A stretch of 64,000 nucleotides of DNA. It comes from an uncultured delta proteobacterium (GTDB lineage: Bacteria; Desulfobacterota; Zymogenia; Zymogenales; Zymogenaceae). Position 1 is the stretch's first letter; the number at the start of each line of letters is the position of its first letter. The stretch spans positions 431,002 to 495,001 of the forward strand of contig CAWKCL010000007.1 in NCBI GenBank assembly GCA_963848155.1, written 5' to 3'. The translations under genes and the position numbers were made by a program. The notes under the pieces are model-generated. The model was not told the origin of the DNA. It did no database searches and saw nothing but the letters and a program-made list of their open reading frames with translations. Positions 20,418-30,998 of the stretch are shown here, piece after piece.

Positions 20418-21210
20418 CGGTCGGCCGTATTGATCACCTTAACCCGGATTATCCCATTGGTGATAAGGGTCTTGACTACCTCCGGGATCAGGAACTCGGC
20501 CTTCGGATCGTCTTTGACGCCATCACGGAACGACCGGTAGAGGCCTTCCAAATGCTCAAAGAGGCTCGGAGAGAAGCCCCAGATGTTCATGGAGATGAAC
20601 GATTCGGGGCTCAGCTCAGCAAACTCGTTGTCTCGATCCATCCCGATACGTCCGTCCCTGATCTCGATACCGCTGGTCTCTGCGATATCGGTGAGCCAAC
20701 CGTCGGAAACCGCGCAGACGCCCCTGGTTACCGCCCCGTGCGGACTCACGGTGTTTTTGAGGCGATATCCGATCATGGCAAAGTTCTTATCGTTATAGTC
20801 GTCGGAGACCAGAAACGAATGGAGCGACTCAATAGCGTTCCTGCCGTAGTAGTCGTCGGCATTCACGACGCCGAAGGGAACATCGATATAGTCCCTCGTG
20901 GCCAGAACCGCGTGTCCCGTCCCCCAGGGTTTTTTCGTCCGTCGGGAAGGTCGGTCAGGTCCTGGTGTGCGTAGGCAGGGATGAGTCCGGCGGGCATATG
21001 GCGGCCTATTCGATCGACGAACTCCGACTCGAAGTCCCTCCTGATGACGAATACCACCCGCGAGAATCCCGCGCGGGCTGCGTCATACAGGGTATAGTGA
21101 ATCAGCAGCTCTCCGTTCGGCCCCACGGGGTCAAGCTGTTTGAGGCCGCCGTATCGGGTCCCCATTCCCGCCGCCATGATTACGATTGCCGTCTGAGCGT
21201 CTTTGGTCAT
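20318..21210 (-). CDS. Sugar-1-phosphate nucleotidyltransferase (MurU-like), split into two frames at a C5-G3-T6 homopolymer (20921..20935)
   Basis: N-terminus IVIMAAGMGTRYGGLKQL (G-x-G-T-R NTP-transferase motif). The C-terminal ORF continues the fold. The frame switch sits exactly on a cccccagggtttttt run. Confidence 0.6.
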
Positions 21211-21281
21211 GTTTCGTACACCGAATAATAAATAAGCTATCTATATAACCTAACCGGCCTTTGGAGGTCAAGGGGAATCCA

Positions 21282-22153
21282 TTATTTAAGGAACAATCCC
21301 ACGGCAGCCGCTACTATTATCACCGTTATGATTCGCATCAGAACTACCTGGTTTATCGTATGGACTTTAGCGGCCGCCCACCTGGCGGCAAACGACCCGG
21401 ACAGGGCCATGATGCCGCCGGCGACGTAATTCACGTATCCTATCGAATGCGGAATATGCTCCGAAGCCGAGAGACCCGCAATCGTCTGGACGATCACGCC
21501 CACGATGGTACAGACGGTCATGAGGCACGTAGAGTAGCAGATGGCCTCGATCATCGTAAAACGGACGAGGATTATCCCGAGGGGAATCGTTATTGCTCCG
21601 CCGCCTATCCCGAAGAAGGCCGCCACGAATCCCGAGAAAAACCCGATACTACCGCAAAAGAGCGTTCTCTTCGGTGGATACTGTCGCTCGTCGACCGGGC
21701 ACTCTATCGTTCCCTCCGGTATTCAAGACCTTCAGATCGCCGCTCTTCACCCGAGCGAGCGGTGCGCATAAACCGCAGCGCCGTCACGATCAGGAACCCG
21801 CCGAGGAGCTTTTTAAAGAGGGGGCTTGCCGTCATTGCGGACATCGTACCCCCCGTAACTGCGCCCAGGATTCCCGAAATCACCATAACAAGAAGGATAC
21901 GGTGATTAATAATGTCTTTCTTTAGATGAACCAGTGAGCTTGACGCGGCATTGAAGATGATCACGAAGAGGCTTGTCCCCACCGCCGTGTGAACGGAGGC
22001 GTTTTCGGGATAGCCGAGCAGCGCAAAGACATAGATGAGGATTGGTACGGTGATGACGCCTCCCCCTCCCCCCAGGAAACCGGTACTCATACCGGCGGCG
22101 ACGCCGACGACCAGGTAGAGGGCGAGCAGGCCCAGGAAAGCAATGTCAAGCAT
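21282..22153 (-). CDS. TauE/SafE family sulfite/anion exporter, two halves in different frames
   Basis: Both TauE internal repeats are present (GGGGGVITVPILIYVF and FGIGGGAITIPLGIIL). The ORFs 21704..22234 and 21282..21626 are in different frames. Likely start at MLDIAF (22153). Confidence 0.65.
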
Positions 22154-22322
22154 GATATGTGGATATGTATTGGAACGGCCACAGAATCCTGCGGCCGCTC
22201 TCGCGTATAGGAACCCCCGCATTGGACAGGACAACCGTTATCCTGCACGAGGTCCGGAACTCAATGGGCCGGACTATTAGCCCGCCGACGCGGTCCTAAG
22301 GCCGCTTTCCGCCCGATACGCG

Positions 22323-22854
22323 CTAAAAGGCCTTTGACTCCGACACAAACTCCAGTATCTCGTCCTTCATCTCGGAGAAAAACTTTTCCTTGATCCGTTC
22401 CTTGGAAGGGAAGTACTTCGTCGTTTTCAGGACGCCCTTCTTAGCGGTTATCTCGTCGAGCGTTCGGTTGTCGACAAAGGACGCGGTGTAGGACATGGAA
22501 GCTGCGTCCCTGACCAGCCCAAAGGTGCCGCGGGCCACCAGGCGCTCGTTTCTGCGTACCAGCACGAGATCATCGACCGTAACCGTAAGGATCATGTCGG
22601 CCCGGTCCGGGGAAGTTGCAATACTAAAGCCCATACGCGTGCAGGCGAGATTGAAGGTCCTCGACAACGCTGATCTTTTCGTCGTTGGTGATCAACAGGA
22701 TCGGATCATAGACCATGTCGACAAAAACGCTCCTGTATTTCTCCGGCGAAACCGGCGGCGGCGCATAGGCTTGCGGGCCGGATTTGCAGCTCGGCAGGCT
22801 GATAGCAATTAAAAGAGCCGATATAACCGATATGAGAATGCTGATCTTCTTCAT
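22323..22854 (-). CDS. Putative lipoprotein (two overlapping ORFs, possibly one gene with a frameshift)
   Basis: MKKISILISVISALLIAISLPSC lipobox at the N-terminus. A second ORF 22323..22667 continues in another frame. Confidence 0.4.
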
Positions 22855-23065
22855 TACCCCCCCGTAACGGATGATTCCCTGCGTAAAATGTCTCAAATAA
22901 CGGTGTGATTACCCGTAGCGGTAAAACCGCTCTCCTCGCCCTACTGGATCGGTCTGGTGTAGAGAGTCAGATAGCTGAACGCGTAGGTTCCGTCAGGAAG
23001 CCGATCCACGCAAAAGTCGACCCTGTTTACCTGGATCTCATAGTAATTGAGATTCCAGGGCTCGG

Positions 23066-23995
23066 TCACGATACAATACCCGACGATATCCCCGGCCTCG
23101 TCAATCCTGCGTGGATACCTCTCTTGACTTTCCATGATGTATCCCATGAACCGGTCAGCCACACCTGACGGTCGAGCTCCTGCCCGCCGAGACGTATCAC
23201 CCAGTCGGTGTGGGCTACCCAGACCTCAAAAATCCCGGGAACGGCAAGCTTCGATACGAGGGATAAATCCCTCTTCTCAAGTGCGGCCTTGATCTTTTTC
23301 ATCGGCTCGCCCGGAGCACTGAAGAGAGGGGCCGAAGAATAAGAGTCTATAAATACCATGTACGGATCGAGAAGCTCTGTGGCGGTAGTGAAATCGTCTT
23401 CCAGTTCCACGCCCGGATATGTCTTCATGAAGTAGGCGTACGCCGCCCGCGCCTCATCGAATCGGTGGAGGTATACCAGCGCCTCGATCCGATCTGAAAA
23501 CGTGCCGAGCAGGGCGCTCGAGAGCCGCGCACTCCCGGTGATTGAAGCCCGGGAAAAATTTCGTTCGATCTGATCTATAATGAGCCGGCACTGGCCCTCT
23601 GTTTCCATTAGCTTTCCAGACTCGCGTAATTGATCAAGCCTAGTTATTTCCTCGGAGAGCGAGGGCACGTCCCGGTAGGATGTTTCCGCGCCCGGGTCTT
23701 TGGTATTAAGCGCCGTATCGAAGACCCATCCCTCGACTCCCCGATATCTGGCCAAACACCAGTGCCCGGAGCTGCCCCCCATCGTATCGGTTTCTTTTAA
23801 ACAGAGGATAATGAGTACCGCCTCTCCCGCGCCCGGAGAGACGACCGTTTCCGAATTGACGTCGGGCCGTTCCCTGAGGTCCGTCTCGTCTCCCGCGAGA
23901 AAGGCCTTATGGTTTTCGGCGCCAAGAAGTGAAAGAGGAGAAAATAGACATCCTATCCAGGTAAATAGGAGGAATGTGAGCACACGATACTGCAT
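23066..23995 (-). CDS. Secreted hypothetical protein
   Basis: 309 aa. Signal peptide MQYRVLTFLLFTWIGCLFSPLSLLGAE. No recognisable domain. Confidence 0.5.
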   Translation of the reverse strand: MQYRVLTFLLFTWIGCLFSPLSLLGAENHKAFLAGDETDLRERPDVNSETVVSPGAGEAVLIILCLKETDTMGGSSGHWCLARYRGVEGWVFDTALNTKDPGAETSYRDVPSLSEEITRLDQLRESGKLMETEGQCRLIIDQIERNFSRASITGSARLSSALLGTFSDRIEALVYLHRFDEARAAYAYFMKTYPGVELEDDFTTATELLDPYMVFIDSYSSAPLFSAPGEPMKKIKAALEKRDLSLVSKLAVPGIFEVWVAHTDWVIRLGGQELDRQVWLTGSWDTSWKVKRGIHAGLTRPGISSGIVS

Positions 23996-23997
23996 GA

Positions 23998-25257
23998 TTA
24001 TCCCTTTCCTGATTCCCCCCTGCTCTCCTCCAAGACCTCCATAATCTTCTTTTCCGGATAGAATAGATAGACGATGATACCCAGGATGCAGACAAAGGCG
24101 GTAAGGAATGCCGAGAGCCGTATACCTCCGGGATCGGCAACGTCCTTTCCAAAGGCGGCAAACAGGTAGGCAAGCACCAGTGTCGCCACACCGAGGTTGA
24201 CCTTCTGAACAAGGCCCTGCGCGCCGAAGTACATGGCGTCCCGATTTATACCGGTCTTGACGGCGTCATATTCGGCCAGATCCGCAATCATCGCGTTGGG
24301 GACGGCAAGGAGCGCCGAGACCGGTATCCCCATTACCCCGAAAATGATGAAGGCCTGATTAACGGGAGATAGGATCAGGGCGTCGCTGCCTAAAAAGTAG
24401 ATGAGTACGGCGCATACGGCAAAAACAGCAAGGCTTAAGATCATGATCATCTTCTTGCCGATAACCCGGCTGGCGATATTTATTATCGGGAAAAATATGA
24501 GGGCCACGCCGAATACAAAGGCGAAGACAACGCTCGCGAACGTTTCGGGTTTCCCGAGGAGGACCGTGACGTAGTAGGTCGCCGATTCCGATACAACATT
24601 GAGGCCGAACCAGAGGCAGATCGTGCCGATGAGATACGGGATAAAGGGGCGATTCTTAAACGTAAGCTTGAGCGAGTCCCACATTCCGATTTGGGCAGGG
24701 CCGGTCGCGCTGTAGCGTTTCTCGTCAATGGGGATGATGCAAAGATAGCAGAAAACGAGGCCCAGGGCACAAAGGATAACGATGGTATACTGTAGCGCCC
24801 GGGTCTTATCGATTCCCGCGCCTTCCAGCGCGCCCCAGAGGGCGTATCCCCCGATCATGACGATAACCACGCCGACCAGCGAGAACGCCGCCTGCATCGT
24901 GGTAATGTTTATCCGCTCCTTGTTGGTATGTGATAGCTCCGGTATCAGCGCGAGCCACGGCGTAACATAGAAGGTAAAGAAGAAGAGGAGACACCCCAGC
25001 ATCAGCGCCATATAGACGGCGTTTCCCATCGTCGCGTGATCAGAAGGCGGGAAAAAGAGGAGCGCCGTCGCAATCATGAGGGGGAGCCCGCCATATACAA
25101 GGAAGAACTTCCTCCTGCCGAGCTTCGACGTGCTGCTGTCGCTCCAGCTTGCCACCAGCGGGTTTGCGATTGCATCCACCACCCTGCCGAATATCGTGGC
25201 CAGACCCGCGACCGTCAGTACCCAGAGAAACGTCGTGTTACTGATGAGCTCGGTCAT
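23998..25257 (-). CDS. MFS transporter (GPH/glycoside-cation symporter-like)
   Basis: 419 aa, 12 predicted TM helices. ASWSDSSTSKLGRRK resembles the GPH/MFS motif. Confidence 0.8.
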   Translation of the reverse strand: MTELISNTTFLWVLTVAGLATIFGRVVDAIANPLVASWSDSSTSKLGRRKFFLVYGGLPLMIATALLFFPPSDHATMGNAVYMALMLGCLLFFFTFYVTPWLALIPELSHTNKERINITTMQAAFSLVGVVIVMIGGYALWGALEGAGIDKTRALQYTIVILCALGLVFCYLCIIPIDEKRYSATGPAQIGMWDSLKLTFKNRPFIPYLIGTICLWFGLNVVSESATYYVTVLLGKPETFASVVFAFVFGVALIFFPIINIASRVIGKKMIMILSLAVFAVCAVLIYFLGSDALILSPVNQAFIIFGVMGIPVSALLAVPNAMIADLAEYDAVKTGINRDAMYFGAQGLVQKVNLGVATLVLAYLFAAFGKDVADPGGIRLSAFLTAFVCILGIIVYLFYPEKKIMEVLEESRGESGKG

Positions 25258-25529
25258 TCCCGATTCTTTCGGGGGGAAGGTAGAAATAGAGCATAAAAGT
25301 GACCCATATCCGATCGGCGATGGTAAATCCGATATAGCCGCTCGAATAAAGGATTTGCCCCCAGAGTGGGAAGCGTTCGACTTTTTTCTTCATATATAAT
25401 GCCACTTAATACGTTTGTATTAGGCTAAACCATCATGCCTGATTTGTCAATGTTTTTCATTCTCTTGACGTAACCACGACCGGTATGCTATTGTTCTTGG
25501 ACAATTTACCGTCTATCGTTGAGGTTCTC

Positions 25530-26993
25530 ATGCCGCTCCTAATCCACAACTCGCTTTCCGGCAAAAAAGAGGAATTCGTTCCCATGAACCCCGGGACCGT
25601 CACGATGTATGTCTGCGGGATCACCGCCTACGACTATTCACATATCGGCCACGCCCGGGCCTACGTGGCGTTTGACGTAATCTACCGATACCTGAAATAC
25701 AAGGGGTATGCCGTCACCTACGTGCGCAACTTCACCGATATCGACGACAAGATCATTAAACGGGCCAACGAATCAGGGCGCGACACGAACGCCCTTTCGG
25801 AGCAGTTTATTCATGAATATCACGACGACATGGACGCCCTCGGAATACTCCGGCCGGATATCGAGCCCAGGGCCACCGGGACGATCCCGGCCATGATCGA
25901 CCTCATCACCCGCCTCTTCGAAAAGGGCTATGCCTACCGCGCCGGCGACGACGTGGCGTTTTCCGTCAAGAAGTTTGCCGGATACGGGAAGCTCTCGGGC
26001 AAGAGGATCGACGACCTGGAATCGGGGGCCCGGGTCGAAGTGGACGACAAGAAGCAGGACCCCCTCGATTTTATCCTCTGGAAGGCCGCCAAGCCGGGTG
26101 AGCCCTCCTGGGAGAGCCCCTGGGGCAAGGGGCGCCCCGGCTGGCACATCGAGTGCTCGGCCATGAGCGGCAGCATCCTGGGCGATACCATCGATATCCA
26201 CGGCGGGGGCAAGGACCTCGTCTTCCCCCATCACGAAAACGAGATCGCCCAGTCGGAGGCCGCCACCGGCAAACCCTTCGTCCGCTACTTCGTGCACAAC
26301 GGGTTTGTCAACATCGACTCGGAGAAGATGAGCAAATCCACCGGCAAATTTTTCACCGTCCGGGATATCAGGAAACAGTACCATCCCGAGGTAATCCGGC
26401 TCTTCCTCCTCTCGGTCCAGTACCGCAATCCCGTGGACTTTTCCGAGAAGAACCTCCGCGACGCCGGCGAAGCCCTCGACCGGCTCTATACGACCAAGGC
26501 CCGCGTATTCGAAACAGGCGCAGGAGCGACCACCCGCCGGTCCCAAACCGCGGACCTAAAGGAGATCGATGACGCGGCTTCGGCCTTTGTCGCGGGGTTC
26601 GCCGAGGCCATGGACGACGACTTCAACACGGCCCTCGTGCTGGGAAGGCTCTTTGACCTTTCCCGCCTGTTCAACCGGGTGCTCGATCGGCAAAAGGACA
26701 CGCCCGAGGCCCAACGGGTATCGCTGGCCGGCGCATGGAAGACGATTTCCGACGCATTAGGCGTTCTGGGTATACTGGGACGGGACCCGTCCGTCTACTT
26801 TCAGGAGGTAAAGGGGCTCAGGCTTGCCGGAGCGTCGCTTGCCTCCGCCGATATCGAGCGGCTCATCGCCGAGCGCAACGCAGCCCGAAAGGCAAGAGAC
26901 TTCAAGCGGGCCGACGCCATCCGCGATGAGCTGACCGGAGGCGGCGTTATCCTCGAGGACGGCCCGGACGGCACGACCTGGAAGCTGAAATAA
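25530..26993 (+). CDS. cysS: Cysteinyl-tRNA synthetase
   Basis: HIGH motif (HIGHARAY) and KMSKS motif, with a MYVCGITAYD N-terminus. The ORF opens at 25485, but the canonical start is MPLLIHN at 25530. Confidence 0.9.
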   Translation: MPLLIHNSLSGKKEEFVPMNPGTVTMYVCGITAYDYSHIGHARAYVAFDVIYRYLKYKGYAVTYVRNFTDIDDKIIKRANESGRDTNALSEQFIHEYHDDMDALGILRPDIEPRATGTIPAMIDLITRLFEKGYAYRAGDDVAFSVKKFAGYGKLSGKRIDDLESGARVEVDDKKQDPLDFILWKAAKPGEPSWESPWGKGRPGWHIECSAMSGSILGDTIDIHGGGKDLVFPHHENEIAQSEAATGKPFVRYFVHNGFVNIDSEKMSKSTGKFFTVRDIRKQYHPEVIRLFLLSVQYRNPVDFSEKNLRDAGEALDRLYTTKARVFETGAGATTRRSQTADLKEIDDAASAFVAGFAEAMDDDFNTALVLGRLFDLSRLFNRVLDRQKDTPEAQRVSLAGAWKTISDALGVLGILGRDPSVYFQEVKGLRLAGASLASADIERLIAERNAARKARDFKRADAIRDELTGGGVILEDGPDGTTWKLK

Positions 26994-27027
26994 ACCGGCA
27001 AACCACCTATTTACTGGATAGAGCCAC

Positions 27028-27804
27028 ATGTCCTCACACGTTGTCATCCACGAAAACCGCGGCCCCGTCTCATGGGTCATCTTCAACCGGCCCGAAATCT
27101 ATAACGCGTTCAACCTCGAGCTGGCCCGCGAGGCGTTTTCGGCCCTCTCGCGGGCGATCGAGGACCCGGCGACCAGGGTCGTGGTCCTGGCGGGCGCCGG
27201 TAAGGCCTTCTCTGTGGGGGCCGACGTGCTTGAGGTCGGCGCATCCGACGATCCGCCCCGGATCATCGGAGAGCTTGCCACCATCGCCCACCGCGCGATC
27301 GCCGAGGTCAGGCAGTCCCCCAAGCCGGTGGTCGCCGCGATAAACCGCCTTGCCGCCGGATACGGTCTTGCGCTTGCCCTGGCCTCCGACATCAGGATCG
27401 CCACCGAGCGGCTGAGGCTCCGGTACGCGTATTCATCCATCGGGCTGACCGGCGACGGCGGCATCAACTGGACCCTCCCCCGCCTCGCGGGGACCGCCCG
27501 CGCGTTGGAAGTGGCGCTCCTTGCCGAAGACATCCACGAACAGGAAGCGGCCCGCCTCGGGATTGTCACGAAGTTCGTACCCGAGGACCGTCTTGTCGAG
27601 GAGGCCCAGGCGCTCGCCGAGCGGATAGCGGCGCTGCCCCCCAGGACGGCCTCCGCTATCAAGCGGATGATCTACGGCTCGGCCGCAAGCGACCTCCTGG
27701 TTCACCTGTCGGTCGAGCATGCGGCGCTGACGGACGCCGCCCGTACCCCGGAGTTCGCGGACCTCTTGAAGAGTCTCCTCGAGCAGTTTTCACCCAAGGG
27801 ATAG
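27028..27804 (+). CDS. Enoyl-CoA hydratase/isomerase (crotonase family)
   Basis: 258 aa with crotonase fold signatures (VVLAGAGKAFSVGADV...). Confidence 0.85.
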   Translation: MSSHVVIHENRGPVSWVIFNRPEIYNAFNLELAREAFSALSRAIEDPATRVVVLAGAGKAFSVGADVLEVGASDDPPRIIGELATIAHRAIAEVRQSPKPVVAAINRLAAGYGLALALASDIRIATERLRLRYAYSSIGLTGDGGINWTLPRLAGTARALEVALLAEDIHEQEAARLGIVTKFVPEDRLVEEAQALAERIAALPPRTASAIKRMIYGSAASDLLVHLSVEHAALTDAARTPEFADLLKSLLEQFSPKG

Positions 27805-28101
27805 GCGCGTGCGTATGATCGCGGCCGCCGCAGCGGGCGTGACGAAGTCCTCAGGAAATGCGGCGTCCGAGGGTGACGGCCGGGAAACCGGACACATAAG
27901 GCGATACTATAACAGCAACCCGTTAGCTTACCCGCTTTGAACGATACCCGAGCATAACCATGGGAAGACCGGCTTTTCTCTATCACCTCATGATGCGCTT
28001 CTATAAGCCCTTTCAGCGGCTCGAGCGCCTCCGGCTCTTCGGCGGTCCCGTCGAGCGATGAAACGAGCTCTTCCCACATCATTCCGGTCAACGAATCGAT
28101 C

Positions 28102-28749
28102 GTGTCGGAAGGTGCGGTCATACTCCCGATGAAGATCATAGCCGCCTTTGTCAGGCGGGCCGATTCGATCGCGATCCTGCGGGAATGTCTCTGCCGCCGC
28201 GGCGAAGGCTGTTCCGCCTACCCGATCGACCTCGGGTGTCTCCTCCTGGGCCCGGCCGCCCGGGACCTCCATGGGGGATTGGGCCGGATAGTCGGCCCGG
28301 ACGAGGCCCTCCGGCACGCCGAGCGGGCGATCCGTTCGGGGCTTACTCCCCTGGTCGTGCACAACACGTTTGACGCGTGGCTGTGGGGGCTCGACTACCG
28401 GCGGATGATGAACATCTGTTTCTGCTGTGACTGCTGCTGCTCGGTCCGCCGGGCCGTCCGCCTCGGTATTGATACCGGGGCGTCTTCCGCGATGCACCGG
28501 CTGGACGGTCTTACCGTCTCCATCGACGATCGATGCGACGGCTGCGGCGCATGCGTGACGGAGTGCTTCGCCGGTGCGATCCGAATCACGCGGGGACGTG
28601 CCGTTATCGACCAGGAACGGTGCAAGGGATGCGGCCGGTGCATGGCCGTCTGCCCAAAGGCCGCGATCACGATGCGCCTCGACCCCCGCCTCGACACCGC
28701 GGGACGGCTCCTGGCCCATTACGGGAAGAGAAGCAGCGTAGGAATCTGA
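28102..28749 (+). CDS. 4Fe-4S dicluster ferredoxin-domain protein with an additional CFCCDCCC cysteine cluster
   Basis: Two CxxCxxCxxxC(P) motifs ([23 protein letters not shown]) plus an upstream [14 protein letters not shown] start. The N-terminal extent is uncertain. Confidence 0.55.
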   Translation: MSEGAVILPMKIIAAFVRRADSIAILRECLCRRGEGCSAYPIDLGCLLLGPAARDLHGGLGRIVGPDEALRHAERAIRSGLTPLVVHNTFDAWLWGLDYRRMMNICFCCDCCCSVRRAVRLGIDTGASSAMHRLDGLTVSIDDRCDGCGACVTECFAGAIRITRGRAVIDQERCKGCGRCMAVCPKAAITMRLDPRLDTAGRLLAHYGKRSSVGI

Positions 28750-28784
28750 ACCGCCAGCACGAAAAACAGGGAGAAGTCTGCATA

Positions 28785-30791
28785 ATGCCGCCGACACGCA
28801 CATCACCGTTCGATATGGTTACCGATTTCGTCCCCAGGGGGGACCAGCCCCGCGCCATCGGCGAGCTGACCGAGGGAGTAATCCGCGGCGACAAACACCA
28901 GACGCTGATGGGCGTCACCGGCTCCGGCAAGACCTTCACCATGGCCAACGTCATAAAGAACACGGGTCTTCCGAGCCTTGTTATCGCCCCCAACAAGACG
29001 CTGGCCGCCCAGCTCTACTCCGAGTTCAAGACCCTCTTCCCTCACAACGCCGTGGAGTATTTCGTCAGCTACTACGACTATTACCAGCCCGAGGCCTACA
29101 TCCCCCGGACCGACACGTTTATCGAGAAGGACACGGCCATCAACGAAGAGATCGACAAGATGCGCCACTCGGCCACCCATTCGCTCCTCTCACGGGACGA
29201 CGTCATCATCATCGCCTCGGTCTCCTGCATATACGGCCTCGGCTCGCCGGACGCCTACGGCGACATGGTGGTCCGGCTGGTCGTGGGTGAGACGTTCTTT
29301 CGGGATGAGCTCTTGCTGTCGCTGGTCGAGAGCAAGTACGACCGTAACGACGTCGATTTTTCCCGCGGGACCTTCCGCGTCCGGGGGGACACCGTCGAGA
29401 TATTTCCCGTCTACGAGGACGACCGCGCCGTCCGCATACAGTACGACGGCGACACCGTGGAAAAGATCAGTTATATCGATCCATTGCGCGGCCGGGTCAT
29501 CCAGACGCTTGACGAGGTAAGCCTTTTCCCCGGCAGCCACTATGTCACGCCCCGTGACCTGATGCTCAGGGCCGTCGAGACGATCCAGGAGGAGCTCGCC
29601 CTTCGTATCGACTTCTTCCGGGAAAACAACAAGCTCATTGAGGCCCAGCGTATTCAGGAGCGCACCAATTTCGACCTCGAGATGATGCGTGAGATCGGTT
29701 ACTGCCAGGGGATCGAGAACTATTCCCGGCACCTGACCGGCAGAAAACCGGGGCAGCCCCCGCCGACGCTCCTGGATTACTATCCCAAGGACTGGCTCAT
29801 CTTTATCGACGAAAGCCACATCACGGTCCCCCAGATCGGGGGGATGTTCCGGGGCGACCGGTCCCGCAAAGATACCCTCGTCCAGTACGGGTTCCGGCTC
29901 CCCTCGGCGCTCGACAACCGCCCCCTGACCTTCGAGGAGTTCGAGGGCATGGTAACCCAGGCGATCTACGTATCGGCGACACCGGCAGACTACGAGCTTA
30001 AAAAGTCCGGCGGCGTCGTGGTGGAGCAGGTTATCCGGCCCACGGGACTCATGGACCCCAGGGTGGAGGTGAGGCCGGCAACCCACCAGGTGGACGACCT
30101 CTATGACGAGATCAAGAAACGCGTGGCGCTCGGTAACCGCGTCCTCGTGACGACGCTGACCAAGCGGATGGCCGAAGAGCTGACGACCTACTACGCCAAT
30201 CTCGGCCTTCGAACCCGCTACCTTCACTCCGAGGTGGATACGCTGGAGCGCGTGGCGATTATTCGGGACTTACGGCTCGGCAAGTTCGACGTGCTCGTCG
30301 GCATCAACCTGCTGAGGGAGGGCCTGGATATCCCGGAGGTGTCGCTCGTGGCGATTCTGGACGCCGATAAGGAGGGGTTCCTGCGCTCCGGGCGCTCCCT
30401 CATCCAGACCAGCGGCCGGGCGGCCAGGAATATCGACGGGACGGTCATCATGTACGCCGACGTCGTCACCCGGTCGATGGACCAGGCCATCGCGGAGGCC
30501 AACCGCCGCCGCACGATTCAGAACGAGTTCAACATAAAAAATAATATCACGCCCGAAACGATCAAAAAGGAGATCAGCGAGATCCTCAGCTCGGTCTACG
30601 AGCAGGACTACTACACCGTCAAGAAGGAAGAGACGGAGGAGCTGAAGTTCAAGTCCCAGCACGAGGTCAAGCGCTACATCGAAAAGCTCAAGAAGCAGAT
30701 GCGCAAGGCAGCGCACGACCTCGACTTCGAGTTAGCGGCGGAGATCAGGGACAAGATCCTCGAGGTCGAGAAGATGGAGATGATGTCCTGA
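28785..30791 (+). CDS. uvrB: Excinuclease ABC subunit B
   Basis: N-terminus ...[18 protein letters not shown], Walker A GVTGSGKT, helicase motifs. GGGAGAAG RBS before the ATG at 28785. The ORF-track ORF begins further upstream at 28533. Confidence 0.9.
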   Translation: MPPTRTSPFDMVTDFVPRGDQPRAIGELTEGVIRGDKHQTLMGVTGSGKTFTMANVIKNTGLPSLVIAPNKTLAAQLYSEFKTLFPHNAVEYFVSYYDYYQPEAYIPRTDTFIEKDTAINEEIDKMRHSATHSLLSRDDVIIIASVSCIYGLGSPDAYGDMVVRLVVGETFFRDELLLSLVESKYDRNDVDFSRGTFRVRGDTVEIFPVYEDDRAVRIQYDGDTVEKISYIDPLRGRVIQTLDEVSLFPGSHYVTPRDLMLRAVETIQEELALRIDFFRENNKLIEAQRIQERTNFDLEMMREIGYCQGIENYSRHLTGRKPGQPPPTLLDYYPKDWLIFIDESHITVPQIGGMFRGDRSRKDTLVQYGFRLPSALDNRPLTFEEFEGMVTQAIYVSATPADYELKKSGGVVVEQVIRPTGLMDPRVEVRPATHQVDDLYDEIKKRVALGNRVLVTTLTKRMAEELTTYYANLGLRTRYLHSEVDTLERVAIIRDLRLGKFDVLVGINLLREGLDIPEVSLVAILDADKEGFLRSGRSLIQTSGRAARNIDGTVIMYADVVTRSMDQAIAEANRRRTIQNEFNIKNNITPETIKKEISEILSSVYEQDYYTVKKEETEELKFKSQHEVKRYIEKLKKQMRKAAHDLDFELAAEIRDKILEVEKMEMMS

Positions 30792-30998
30792 CCCCTCGAA
30801 AGCATGGACGCCGTCGTCACGTTCCGCCCGCCGGAAACTGAGGGTTGTATCCGCCCCTATTCTCACGTCTCCGTGCCGCCGGTACGGCTTCCCGCGAATG
30901 AAAACGGCCCCTCATGCCGGGGCCGTCGAATATCAATCGGCGATTCTCCCGATTCCTACCCCGTCAGTGCCTCCGACGACGATATCCGTATAGAGCAG

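Noticed and set aside
27702-28139. 145-aa minus-strand ORF overlapping the crotonase 3' end and the 4Fe-4S gene start
   Set aside because: The first 60 residues look vaguely protein-like, but there is no motif and it overlaps two better-supported genes. It is kept only as a possibility.
29190-30227. 345-aa minus-strand ORF
   Set aside because: Antisense to uvrB and low-complexity. A GC-rich artefact.
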